Shown one piece after another: positions 24,794-38,269 of a stretch of 64,000 nt of DNA. The notes below the pieces were generated by a model, which saw only the letters and a program-made list of their open reading frames with translations, ran no database searches and was not told where the DNA came from. Source of the stretch: Octopus sinensis (Eukaryota); assembly GCF_006345805.1 (NCBI RefSeq), contig NC_043000.1, positions 149,234,001 through 149,298,000 of the forward strand. Reading direction: 5' to 3'. Position 1 is the first letter of the stretch, and each line of letters starts with the position of its first letter. A program made the position numbers and the translations under genes.

Positions 24794-25299
24794 TATGTAC
24801 ATATATGTATATATCTATGTGTATTTATATATTTATGTATATAGATAAAATCTTTTTATCTTTTTATATATTTCTCTTTCTCTAACATGCACACTCATAC
24901 ACATGAGAAACAGCTGCGTATTTCATTACACAGTAGGGTTCCTAAATCCACGTTCTATATTTCTAGAGTTTTGCAATCTTATTAAAGGTTGAATTGAATA
25001 TATTTGAATTTGTGATGTTTCATATTATCTGATTGAATTTGTGTGGTCTTCCCTAAGAACAAGCAAAGCAATATTTTGGTTATCATGGATAGAGAAGAAT
25101 TTACTCAGCAACAAAAACAAATTCCTGTAGATTAGGAAAGATAACACCAAACAGTGAAATTATACAAAATAATTGTAGCAATATCCATGAGTAATGTTAG
25201 TAGAACCACCTTACTTTCCACATGTGGAGGGACAATTTTCCAAACTGTATATATATATATATATATATATGGTACAATAAAAAAACACCAACAAAACAA

Positions 25300-26430
25300 C
25301 CCTACTCCACAGGCTCATAATATCACAAATAAGTACACCAACATTTTCAATCAACAAACAAATAAACTATTTATAAAAGCATTACACACCAGAGAAATAT
25401 AGTGTTAAATTATGTGAGGAATTTCTACAGACTCTGGAAGAATGAGATACAATAGGTAATGTCCTAATGACAGAAATGATAGAAATCATTATAAATAATG
25501 TATATAAACATTCAAAATTATAGTCACCTGTAAAACCAGCAAACTTATTGAAAAATTTACTTATGATACGCACTACTGAAGTGCCTTTTTACTACCTACA
25601 GAGAAATTTAATACAAACAAACAGAGGGTAGTGGCCATAGGTTCCTCCCTTCGACCTATGATTGCAGCATTCTACCTATCCTAGAATAATACCAACACAT
25701 AAAGATATATAATATACATCAGATATGTACACAGAGTCAGTGAATGTTCACACAGTTATAAGTTGTCAGAAGAACATTTATATTCTCATCCACAAACAGT
25801 GCAGTAGAGGAAGAAATACATAGAATTAAGCAATAATGAATGGATATTCTAATGGGCTACTGGACCAAGCTGTATAAGTGTACATACACATATACAATAG
25901 AATAAATACACCAAAGAATACCCCTAATAAATAGAAATACATAAACTACATATAAAAATCTATTACATGTACCAAACTATCAAATGGATGAATGTATAAT
26001 AAAACCCCTCATAAAATGCAACATACACTGTATCACACCCAATCACAAACTAATAATATAGGTACAAAAACGCCATAATCAAAAGCATCCACATCAGTAA
26101 CACACTAGAAATGTGTGAGCCAAAGAACAAACTGCAGATGACCAAAGTGATCTATAAATTTGACTGTAAAAATGAAAGTTGTAAACTTCAGGACTCTAGC
26201 TGTTACAGTGGACAGACAAATACAACACTCTCAAGTAGGCTCACCATGCACTTGCAACATGAGCTATTGCACAACATTATACTACTCATCACAAAGTAAA
26301 ATTAGATATGAAAACAGTAGAGGAAATTACTTATATATTTTATAAAATTCCACACAAAAATAGAGGATTAATTATGGAAACTGTAAACATTAAAGTACGA
26401 TACCAAAATCAGCATACACGACCATAAAAA
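25300..26430 (+). mobile_element. Highly degenerate Penelope-like element
   Basis: GVVAIGSSLRP (RT motif) and VIYKFDCKNESC...YSGQTNTTLSSRLTMH (GIY-YIG). Confidence 0.68.
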
Positions 26431-26461
26431 AATTAACATGTGGCTACTTTTTTTTTTTTTA

Positions 26462-26845
26462 CTCTTTTTTATTTGTTTCAGTCATTTGACTGCGGCCATG
26501 CTGGAGCACCGCCTTTAGTCGAGCAAATCGACCACGGGACTTATTCTTTGTAAGCCCAGTACTTATTCTATCGGTCTCTTTTGCCGAACCGCTAAGTGAC
26601 GGGGACGTAAACACACCAGCATCGGTTGTCAAGCAATGCTAGGGGGACAAACACACACACACATATATATATATATATACATATATACGACAGGCTTCTT
26701 TCAGTTTCCGTCTACCAAATCCACTCACAAGGCATTGGTCGGCCCGGGGCTATAGCAGAAGACACTTGCCCAAGATGCCACGCAGTGGGACTGAACCCGG
26801 AACCATGTGGTTGGTTAGCAAGCTACTTACCACACAGCCACTCCT
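26462..26845 (-). mobile_element. SINE family A
   Basis: Near full-length copy. Confidence 0.88.
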
Positions 26846-27205
26846 GACATAAAAAAACCAAAAAAAAAAACCTATTGATCAAAATTTGACCATTACAAAC
26901 AAATCAACGCATAATTACTAATGCATGATGATAATAGTCCAAAAATCTTTGGTGGGAAACCCTACAAAAATTCAATCAATATATAAGAACCAATTCAAAT
27001 ACCAAATATAATTCAATTCCTGATAATGTGGCAGTGAAGGTCTATAAACATTGGATATGGGTTTGGGAACCCTAGTGTTCCTAAGCAACTGTAAAAGACT
27101 AAGAAAGAAAAATATATAATACATATAGAAAGATAAAACTCAGTTGTGTATTTAAGGCAACATACACACATATATGAATAACTATCAATCTCTCTATAAT
27201 CTTTA

Positions 27206-27241
<36 letters not shown>

Positions 27242-27246
27242 ATCAT

Positions 27247-27278
<32 letters not shown>

Positions 27279-27460
27279 TCTCTTTACTCTTTTACTTGTT
27301 TCAGTCATTTGACTGCGGCCATGCTGGAGCACCGCCTTTAGTCGAGCAAATCGACCCCGGGACTTATTCTTTGTAAGCCCAGTACTTATTTTGCCGAACC
27401 GCTAAGTGACGGGGACGTAAACACACCAGCATCGGTTGTCAAGCAATGCTAGGGGGACAA

Positions 27461-27491
<31 letters not shown>

Positions 27492-27660
27492 CATATATAC
27501 GACAGGCTTCTTTCAGTTTCTGTCTACCAAATCCACTCACAAGGCATTGGTCGGCCCGGGGCTATAGCAGAAGACACTTGCCTAAGGTGCCACGCAGTGG
27601 AACTGAACCCGGAACCATGTGGTTGGTTAGCAAGCTACTTACCACACAGCCACTCCTGCG

Positions 27661-27662
<2 letters not shown>
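27279..27662 (-). mobile_element. SINE family A
   Basis: Near full-length; short internal deletion relative to the 26462 copy. Confidence 0.88.
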
Positions 27663-27726
<64 letters not shown>

Positions 27727-28182
27727 ATTAAGATTGAATGAAGGTGGTGATAAAGCTTTCACTTTTATATTAATAACTATGGAAGACCGGTGGGAATATT
27801 ATCTGTATGGACTTAAAAGATTGGTTGCTATTTAGTTATATATTTTAGGAGTTAGTTGTAAGATTACTTATTGAATTTATTTAGCAATACTGTTGTTGTA
27901 CATAGGGTAAATGTGTTTCTTTGTTGTAGTTTAATTAATAAAGTTAGTGTTTAATCCTTCCGAGAATTAAAATTGAATAAATGTGGGGATTTCTTAGGAA
28001 TGTTTGTTCCCAGACAACACTCATTTTAGTGCTGTTGACACCCCTGGATTGAATGGTAATGCCCAGGTATGGAAACCATAGTGATATCCATGGGGCAGTT
28101 GATGATGGACATATGTTGGATTATTGGTATGGTTGTTATTGTATGTGCGGAATAGGCAAATCCATTTGATATATATACATAC

Positions 28183-28259
<77 letters not shown>

Positions 28260-28307
28260 GTGGGTCGGTGTATATGCATATCTAATCTTTATATAAATAT
28301 ATAAGAG

Positions 28308-28342
<35 letters not shown>

Positions 28343-30117
28343 CTTTATACAGTATAATATATATATATATATATCATCATTATATATATATATGTATGTA
28401 TGTATGTATGTACATATATATTTGTATATTTATATATATATATTTATATACAAATATATGTATATTTAATAAACACTTTCAATACTTTGTTCATTTGAAA
28501 CAAATGTGTCAATTATTACAGTTAGTCTTTATATCACCACCATATTTAATACTTTCCATATTTCATATCTCATCTGCTTGTAACCTTTCCTGAGACGATA
28601 TAATTCTTTTCTTTCTCAGAGCGGTTTGACTGTTCTGCCATTGTTTAAATAATTTTTTACTTCTAAAAGTTTGAAGAAGAAAACCTACTTTTACCGTCTG
28701 TCATGTTTGCATAGAATTTTTTTCCCTCCACATTGGATGAGACTATGTAAGTGTGTAACAAACAATTTTATTAACCATTGTGTATCAACGAAATGTGAAT
28801 GTGTCTTACAAAATTTGGTACTGAAATTTTAGGTTATGAAAAGAAACATAAATGGAGTATGTGTGTGAAAACTTCATCACCATTGAATTATATTTATGAT
28901 GAATTATCCTTTATATTTTTGAAGATGGTAATTGTTTTTTTCAGAAGATGTGTGCTACAAATAATTTTTTAGAAATATTCCACTTGTTATTAAAAAAAAA
29001 GAAGCCCCTACCTACAGTTTGATTATAAAATAAAATATATAATCTTATCTCCCTAGAAAAATTCAAAACTTTATATCATCATCATTTTAACATTCACTTT
29101 TCCATGCTTGCCTGGCTTGCTTGGAATTTTGTGGAGGTAGATTTTCTATGACAGATAACTTTCGTGTTGCCATTCCTCGCCTTTTTACATGTTCGATAAT
29201 ATTTTCCCATGATCAAACATAATTTTCATGGAAGTTTGGAAATGCTCCCATGATGGTGGCTTACAACTATCATGTGTGATGAGAAGCTGTCAGTATAACA
29301 CACACACACACACACACAATACATATATACATAAACATACACGCATACATATGTGTATGTTTTTATATGTGTGTATGTGCTTATATGTATACACACACAC
29401 ATATAAATAATTTACAAGATAAGGGCAAAAGAAAAATTCTAATGCCAAATATGCCGAAAAAAGGACAAAATATTGTCAATAACCATTATAATCTATGCGT
29501 CTCGAAACAAACCGATAGAAATTTCTAAAAAATCCGTTATTACTGTAGTGGTCCAATTTCGGGGTTAATTCATAAGAATTTTCCCCTCTTCAGCGATAAA
29601 TACGTGGGATATAAGTGAAATACTTACTCATACCCATGGAAAAACCAAGCACTAAGTCCAGACACATATATGTATGTACACACATACATATGATGGTTTT
29701 CTTTCAGATTTGTCTACCAAATCAGTTCATAAGAATTTGGATCCCTCAGGTCTATAGTAGAAGACACTTGCCCAAGGTGCCACGCAGTGGGACTGAACTT
29801 GGAACCATGTGATTCAGAAGCATGCTTCTGTATGTATATATGTAAATGTATGTACATATGTAAAAATATGTGTGTGTGTGTATTCTTTTGTTCTTTTCAT
29901 CTTTTACTTGTTTCAGTCATTTGACTCCGGCCATGCTGGAGCACCACCATGACGGGTTTTAGTCAAACAAATCAATGCCAAGACTTTTTTTTTAAGCCTT
30001 GTACTTATTCTATCAGTCTCTTTTGCCGAACTGCTAAGTTATGGGGATGTAAACACATGAATACCAGTTGTCGAACAGTGATGGGAGGACAGACACAAAG
30101 ATACACACACATAGATA

Positions 30118-30157
<40 letters not shown>

Positions 30158-30363
30158 AGGTAGTGGTATTTGGAAGACCCCAAAGAGTGTCAGGTAACGC
30201 TAAGCAAGTGCTATGGATAGACCGGAGTCAAACTCTTGGTTCGATAATGATATGAGTGAGGAGTCTAATGTGGGTCCTGTATTAGCATGCATATATATAT
30301 TAGAGAGAATGCGATGACAAAGCCAAGACTGTGGGGAGTTATCAAGACATTTATAAGGAAATA

Positions 30364-30411
30364 GTCTTACAGCTGTTTCTGGGATATTATGGATATCCCT
30401 TCATCAGAGAC
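30364..30411 (-). ncRNA. Minimal type I hammerhead ribozyme motif
   Basis: Minus strand: gtct-CTGATGA-a-gggatat(ccata)atatccc-a-GAAA-cagct-GTA-agac. Stems I and II pair; stem III is palindromic (acagctgt). Confidence 0.68.
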
Positions 30412-30671
30412 AGTGTGAGAAGGTTAAATTGAGGAAGTACTTGAGTTCGAATTATTATGGAAAAGGAGGAGATAAGGAATATAGAGGGAAATAAGAGAAT
30501 GGAAGTAGAAATAATATATATAAAGATATTGTAGTTGCAGTTCCATTATTTGAGGAAAATGCTGTATACAAGTGGTAAAACAGTTTCCTGTACATGGTAT
30601 GTAAGTTCCAATAGCAGTAAATGTTTGGTCATTTCAAAGTATGGAGCCGTGGAATCTGTGTTGCTCATTTG

Positions 30672-31067
30672 AAATCTTCTGCAATGTTTTTATCAATTCT
30701 GCTGGTTGCAGGTCTTGCAGAACGTTCGTTGATATCAACATTTTTACAGCCATCTTGGAAACATCTAAACCACTTGTACACTTGTGTGTGGCTCATACAC
30801 TCCTCTCCATACACTTTCTGCAATTTTGTGTAGGCGTCTGAGCAGGTATCGCCATGACAACTTTCTCTGTCACTGTCAGTGCAACGATCACATGCTACAC
30901 ACCTTCCTTCCAAGTGCTGCTGTAAACAGCGGAAGTGAGCTAGAGCGTTAAAACTTAGTGCGCATGCACAGCAGAGTTCAAAGTCAATCTTTGCCAAGCA
31001 GCTTCACTCTGCATGCTTTAGCTTTGTTACTATGGCAACAGTCCAGATATTTTTTGATCAAACCTCG
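30672..31067 (-). mobile_element. Mariner-derived non-autonomous fragment
   Basis: HTH-region translation KLQKVYGEECMSHTQVYKWFRCFQDG...ERSARP; terminus ...tgatcaaacctcg|ta. Same family as 54860. Confidence 0.8.
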
Positions 31068-31414
31068 TATATGTGTGTGTATGCCTTTATACATTTGCAT
31101 AGTTATATGCGGTGCCTCAGTATGACCGCAGTCAAATGAGTGAAACAAGTAAAAGATAAAATCTACAGAATATATATATATATATATATATATTATTATA
31201 TAATATATTATTATATAAATTATATTTATATATATATTATTATATAAAAAGCACCCACTACACTTGCGGAGTGGTTGGCGTTAAGAAGGGCATCCAGCTG
31301 TAGAAACACTGCCAGATCAGACTGGAGCCTGGTGCAGCCCCTGGCTTCCCAGACCTCGGTCGAACCGTCCAACCTGTGCTAGTGCGGAAAATGGACGTTA
31401 AACGATGATGATGA

Positions 31415-31454
<40 letters not shown>

Positions 31455-33308
31455 GCATGAAAAAGTGGATATTAAAATGATGATGAAGCACACATCCCTA
31501 CATCCTTTTCCCACAACACTGTTAGATTCCAGAAATTGAGACAAATAAACCAGAATTATAAACTGAAAATATTGAATGTTAGTTAAAAAAAATGGATTTC
31601 CGAACCATTTTGCTTCATATTCTTATGGAAGCATATTAGTGTTTTGTGAAGTATTAGTCTAAATGTTCTTAGTATTCAGATTTGCTGCTGGTGGTTCTTT
31701 GTGTCTCTGGACATAGCCTGTCATTATATGTGCCTCAGTTCATCTAGCTGTTTGGAATGATAGCAGATAGTCTGGGAATGTTACCTGTGATAAACTGTAT
31801 CCTGGTGAAGATATTTCTCCGCTGCTTTATGCAAAGAAACCAAAGCAAAGTATCTGCTCTTATGACCTCTTGGGACTATTGGCAAGATTTATGGAGATCT
31901 GCAGAATTAATAGAATGAATCTTATTGGTTGACTATATTTTAAAAAAAACATTCAGATTGTAATTTCATTTTTGATATTAAAAAACAAGCAAAAAACAAC
32001 AAAAATAAAACAAGCCTCTTTTGAATTTAGAAATACATTCTTATTTCCCTAAATATTTTTTATAGAATAGTGTAAAATTTTCAGGATAGGAAAGATAATT
32101 TAAACCTTAAGTTTGATCCTGTAGCAATTTGTTACTTTATTACTAGAACAGATAAATTCTGAGAAGAAAGCACATTTCATTATCTATACTGATTAAATTT
32201 TCTGTCACATAAATTGAATTTTGTCTCATTTTCAAGAAATATAAAATCTGTAAATTGGTGTAAATAGTTAAAATATGAGTATTCATTTTTTTTTTTTCAA
32301 ATTTTTGATATAATTTTATATTCTAATTTCCTGTTTCTGAAATAACATTTCACATTATCATTCCTAGTGTATTTAGTAAGAAATAATGATAATCCATTTG
32401 TATAGATATTAATCAGTAAACTATTGAAAATGTTTTAAGTATTTACATTCCAATATTCAAAAAATTATTTCCGTCCATTTCCTTAATTCCATCTGCCATA
32501 AATTCCATGTACCATTCTTTTTACATGCTTTTTATATTTTTCAAAGCCATTTCCTGTAGTAATCAAATATTGTTTAACCTGTATAGACATATATTTTTAA
32601 ACAGATATATTTTCATACTATTAATGTATGGGACCAGATTATGCAAGCGAATGTTAATTTTTTTTTTTTTAAACTTGTATTCACAATTATATTTGCAATT
32701 ATTGAAGTAAGGCAATGCAGAACTTCAACAGAAATCTTCTTTCTGTGTGCAAAGCATCTTATGTATATAAAATAACAGAAGACTTTTTCCTTGTGTGTGT
32801 GTAAACCTACCATTCATATCCATTGACGAATATAATTTAACTCTAAAACTTTTATTCATTATATATATATATATATATATATTCTTATTCATAAGTATGT
32901 ATATAATATGTATGCCCTAAGGCAGTGGACCAAGAGAACCAGTAGAGCTTTGGACAAAATGCCTTGTAGTATTTGTTTTAGCTCTTTATGTTCTGAGTTC
33001 AACTCCCTCTGAAGCCAAATTTACTTTACATCTCTGTGGGGGTTGATAAAGTACCAGTCATGTACTGAGGTTGATGTAATTGACTAACCCTTTCTCCATA
33101 AATTTCTGCTCTTGTGCTTATGTTAGAAACAACATATATATGCACTGATACTGTTGTACCTCTTCTGTTATGTGATCCAGGCAGCCAGCATTTTATTAAT
33201 TTTAATTAGCTGCTGCGGTTGTACTAAAGCAAGGCAATGCAATTTTCTGGCTTGGAAAAATAATTTGTATTTCAAGTTTTATCATAAAATATTTTGTTAT
33301 TCGTCTAT

Positions 33309-33339
<31 letters not shown>

Positions 33340-34965
33340 GATGATGATAAAATCTTTTTGTATGTATGGTAAAATAGACAGAAAAAATGTGTAGCAATGA
33401 TTGGATTGTTGTGTAAGCCAAGAAAATTTATTAATGGCTTAAAGCATTTCTCTAATGTGAGTAAAGCTTAAGATAGAAAATAACAAAATGGTTCTCTTTT
33501 GAGGATTAAATTACAATTATCTTGAGATAAAGTAATTTTTTTTTTTTACCTTAGCTTGATTGATTATTGAAAAGATGAAATACTTACTTTTTTTTTTACA
33601 TTCTTCTGTAACATCTTTGTTTCTCAGAAGCAAAATAGTAAGCAAGATTATTGCTTGAACCTCTGTTTTGAACTCTCATCCATATTAGATACTGTTATGA
33701 TCATATAACAGAATACATTACCAATTTATTTTCATTGTTGTTTATAAAAATTGTGTAAAAATACAAAATATGTAATTATTTTTCGACAAATGTCTACTCT
33801 GAGGTGTTTTTATGTCAATAGCGAAGTGAGTAGGTTATAGTTAATTTTGAAGTTTGACCCTTGGTGGGAGTGTGTTACTTGTGGATATTGTCTCGTTAAG
33901 GAAGGTGTTGGTTTTTGTTGAGGTTAAATCTACCTAATGAAGACATGGAAGTAACCTGACAGATCTTTTATGAAGCTAGTTAACTTATTGAAATGTCCAT
34001 TCCCATGGAGTCTTCTACATTGTCTGCTAAATTCATTAAACAAGGAAAAAAAAAAAGCAAAAAAAAAAGCAAAAAACAATCTTCATTGTCTATGTCTTAA
34101 AAATTTAGTAAAATTAGGTGATAATCCAGTAACTCTGAATAATATATGCACATATATAAACATTTATGCATAAATACACATTTGCATATGTATGTGTATG
34201 AACATGCAAGTGAAGTATTTTAAAAGGCATGAATTCTATAAATTTTCAAAATACCATAATAGTTTTATAATGAAGCACTCGATTTTTGCTCTTCTTTAAT
34301 TGTAACATTGGCAGTTTATATTTTCTGCTAAGTTTTAGTTCTTCATTTGTGAATGTTATGGAAATGAAAATAGTTATACTTACAGAAACAACAATATCCA
34401 TAATCATATATTTTTTTTTTAAAATTGTATTTAGCATTTAAGTTTCTATAGTGTATATTATATTTATTAAGGCATCAGCTTTCAATAATATTATTTTTCA
34501 TATTGTTTTTTGTATAATTCTTATTAAAAACAAAAACAAAAAAAAAGAAAAGACAAAAAAGAGAAAAATGAAAAAAGAAAAACATTTGTAAAAAAACATT
34601 GAAAAATTTGTTGTAAAAGTTTTTTTATTGAACCATTTTGTTGTTTGCAAAAAGATTCTTTTCTTTGTAGATTAATTTCTGGAAGTTAATTATGATCAAA
34701 GGGGCATACTGAGCAAATTTTTATTTTCTTTTTAATTGTTTATTGGTTTCATTTAGAGGGTGAAGTGGAAGTGGGGGGGGGGGGCTATGCTGATTGCCTT
34801 CTACAAGTCCCCCAGGTGGTGATGGTGGTGGCGGCGAAAATAGAGGACAATGGTTGAGAAGAGGGGTCAGAAGTATCTGATGGAGGAAGCACAAGAGAAG
34901 TAGAAATCTAAGCGTCAGAAGTGCCTGTATGCAGGTGAAATAAGTCCATCCAGTTCCAGCTAATA

Positions 34966-35354
34966 GTGTGCAAGCACTCCGTCGGTTACGACGACGAGGG
35001 TTCCGGTTGGTCCGAATCATCGGAACAGCCTGCTCGTGAAATTAACGTGTAAGTGGCTGAGCACTCCACAGACACGTGTACCCTTAACGTAGTTCTCGGG
35101 GATATTCAGCGTGACACAGAGAGTGACAAGGCCGGCCCTTTGAAATACAGGTACAACAGAAACAGGAAGTAAGAGTGAGAGAAAGTTGTGGTGAAAGAGT
35201 ACAGCAGGGATCACCACCATCCCCTGCCGGAGCCTCTTGGAGCTTTAGGTGTTTTTCGCTCAATAAACAGTCACAACGCCCGGTCTGGGAATCGAAACCG
35301 CGATTCTACGACCGTGGGTCCGCTGCCCTAACCACTGGGCCATTGCACCTCCAC
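34966..35354 (-). mobile_element. tRNA-derived SINE, family B, with 12-bp TSD
   Basis: Head gtggaggtgcaatggcccagtggttagggcagcgg...gtttcgattccc. TSD ttccagctaata at 34954 and 35355. Confidence 0.88.
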
Positions 35355-35386
35355 TTCCAGCTAATAAAGAAATTACTCGAGTAGTA

Positions 35387-36676
35387 CGAAGGACGTTCAA
35401 TAAGTAATGCCCCTGACCCACTTGCAGTTGTTTGATCTAGCTGAAATTTTGCATGTGCAATTATTTATATCTCTATAGATTAAGCGGCAAATTACAGCTC
35501 TGAACTAATTGTGGTTTCTAATTTACAGGTGTTTGAACTGAGTCAAGTGTGAAATGGAGCCTGTTGAGTGTCGAGCAGTGATCTGGTTTTTGTATTTGAA
35601 AGGACGCATACCACGGGAGACTTGATGAAATGAAAGTAACTTATGGTGATGATGCCCCATCATATGACCTTGTAAAACGCTGGCATCGTGAATTCAAACA
35701 TGGTCGGAACTCTGTGGAAACAGCTCCCAGATCTGGTGCCCCCCTTCTGCCATTGATAAGGCATCTGTCCGTCAAGTTGAGGCTGCCATTTTGGAAGATC
35801 GACGCATAACTATTCGCCAAATAGCGCATGAGGTCAAGATTAGTACCGGGTCTGTGGAAACTATCATTCATGACCATTTGCATATGCAAAAGGTGTCTGC
35901 CAGATGGATTCCCAGGTTGCTGACACCTTTCCAGAACTAAGAACGCGTTGAGTGCTTGAGGATGAATTTGGAGATGTGCCAAGAAGATGAGCCAAAATTT
36001 TTCAAAAGACTGATTACACAGGATGAAACCTGGGTCCATCACTATGATCCAGAGACCAAAGCCCAGTCAATACAGTGGAAGCACCGTGACTCACCTCCTC
36101 CAAAGTAGGCAAGGGTGCAGCTCTCCGCTGGCAAGGTCATGTTAACAGTCTTCTGGGACCAGGACGGAGTAGTGATGACAGATTTCCTGGCAAAGGGTAC
36201 CACAATTACAGGAGCCTATTATGCTTCACTTTTGATGAAATTAAGAGAAGCTATCAAAATCAAGAGGCGGGGCAAGATCAGCAAAGGCATCCTCCTCCTG
36301 CAGGACAACGCTCCGGTCCACAACTCGCGTGTTGCCAGATCAGAAGCACAGGCCTACGGCTATGAACTCCTCCCCCATCCCCCCTACTCTCCTGACCTTG
36401 GACCCTCTGATTTTCACCTCTTCCCAGCCATGAAGTTGTTTTTGAAAGGAAAGCGTTTCCCAGATGATTCAGCCTTGATTTCTGAAGTTACGTCGTGGTT
36501 GGAGGACCAAGCTGGGTTCTTCTACAAAAACGGTCTTCAGAGCTGCATCAAACGATGGGAGAAATGCGCAACTCTGGGTGGTTCCTATGTAGAAAAAGAC
36601 TAATAACTGTGCCAAGTTTCGTTGCTCTACTGCTATGGGAAGTGGGTCAGGGGCATTACTTATTGAACGCCCCTCG
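35387..36676 (+). mobile_element. Full-length mariner (DD34D-type), inactivated transposase at 35554-36603
   Basis: TA-flanked TIRs cgaaggacgttcaataagtaatgcccctgacccactt. Motifs WIPRLL, QDETW, QDNA and HPPYSPDL are present, with internal stops and frameshifts. Confidence 0.95.
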
Positions 36677-37057
36677 TAGTAGTAGTAGTAGTAGTAAAAG
36701 CTATAGTAGTGGGCATTCTTTTGAATGTGGCCTACAATGCTTATTAGTGGATACAACCATTCAGATGTAGGTTTCAGTATTATATTGTGAGTCATTTGGA
36801 CCTTGTAGAAGTTTAGTAGCTGTTGGGATTTGAAATATTTCATTGGGCAATAAAAGAAAAAATTGTTTGCTACCCAGACAGATGGTGCTGTACGAAAGTA
36901 AATCGAGCACGCTGATTCCAAATCTGAACTCAGAATTGCTGTAGTACGTCAGAATTTTGAGCTATGCGCATAATTATATATTAATACTATATTAGTATCA
37001 GGAATAGTTAAGTTCAAGGTAAATGATTATTATAATGGTATATTAATACTGTATGTG

Positions 37058-37400
37058 GAGGCACAATGACCCAGTGGTTAGGTCAGCGGACTCGCAGTCG
37101 TAGGATCGCGGTTTCGATTCCCAGCGAAAACAGCCAAAGCTCCACGACGCTCCGGCAGGGGATGGTGGTGAACCCTGCTGTACTCTTTCACCACTATTCT
37201 TCTCTTCTTGTTTCTGTTGTACCTGTATTTCAAAGGGCTAGTCTTGTCACACTGTGTCACGCTGAATCTGTCCGAGAACTATGTTAAGGGTACACGTGTC
37301 TGTGGTGTGCTCAGCCACTTGCACGTTAATTTCACGAGCAGGCTGTTCCGTTGATCGGATCAACGGGAACCCTCCTCGTAACCGACGAGGTGCCACGAAT
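37058..37400 (+). mobile_element. SINE family B
   Basis: Inverted relative to the 34966 copy; same head and tail. A further partial copy lies at 37893-38122(-). Confidence 0.85.
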
Positions 37401-38269
37401 GCTGTATATAGTATATTTACGTTCAAGGCAAATAATATAATGGTACAGAGTATAATTATATTAAGGGAATACTTCATTTTTGATATGCTCAGCTTAGAAA
37501 TGTTTGAGACACTTGCTCTTGCGCAAGGTCTTATTGGTGAGTGATATAGGAGGGTAGATGTCCTATAAAGTGGCTTTATGAGCAAGTTCCTTAAAAGTCA
37601 TTCCTGAAGAGAGAGAGTGGAGGGTGTTAGGTTGGTAAAGATAAGAAGCTGGCTATAGCGCTGCGTGTTATTTGAGATTAATATATGGGATGTATCCAGG
37701 GCTGACGGCCTCGGCTTGAAGCAACTGCTGGTGGCTGTGTGGTAAGTAGCTTGTCTACCAACCACATGGGTCCGGGTTCAGTCCCACTGCGTGGAACCTT
37801 GGGCAAGTGTCTTCTACTATAGCTTCGGGTTGACCAAAGCCTTCAGACCAGGCTATCAGATGTTGCTATACATCGCTGGTCACAATGCGCTTTGCATTGT
37901 TTTATCCTTCAAATGACGCCACCCCGCTGGCTAAGTGAGCAGGCCAACAGAAAAAAGAGTGGGAGAAAGTTGTGGCGAAAGAGTACAGCAGGGATCACCA
38001 CTACCCCCTGCCGGAGCCTCGTGGAGCTTTAGGTGTTTTCGCTCAATAAACACTCACAACGCCCGGTCTGGGAATCGAAACCGCGAGTCCGCTACCCTAA
38101 CCACTGGGCCATTGCGCCTCCACACACACACACACACACACCATATAATAAATATTAGGGAATAAATCCAAACTTACAGGGAAAAATCAGATTTAGGATT
38201 GAACCCAATTTTATAGTAAAATATTATATATTAAATTATATTTAACATGATATATATATATATATACAT

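Noticed and set aside
27996-28078. AVDTPG resembling a GTPase G3 motif between AG and GT
   Set aside because: Too short, no other GTPase motifs nearby, and likely chance.
33855-33935. LVFVEVK resembling a PD-(D/E)XK nuclease motif
   Set aside because: The frame is only about 27 codons, bounded by stops.
37058-37125. tRNA-like sequence
   Set aside because: SINE head continuing into SINE body; no complete cloverleaf.
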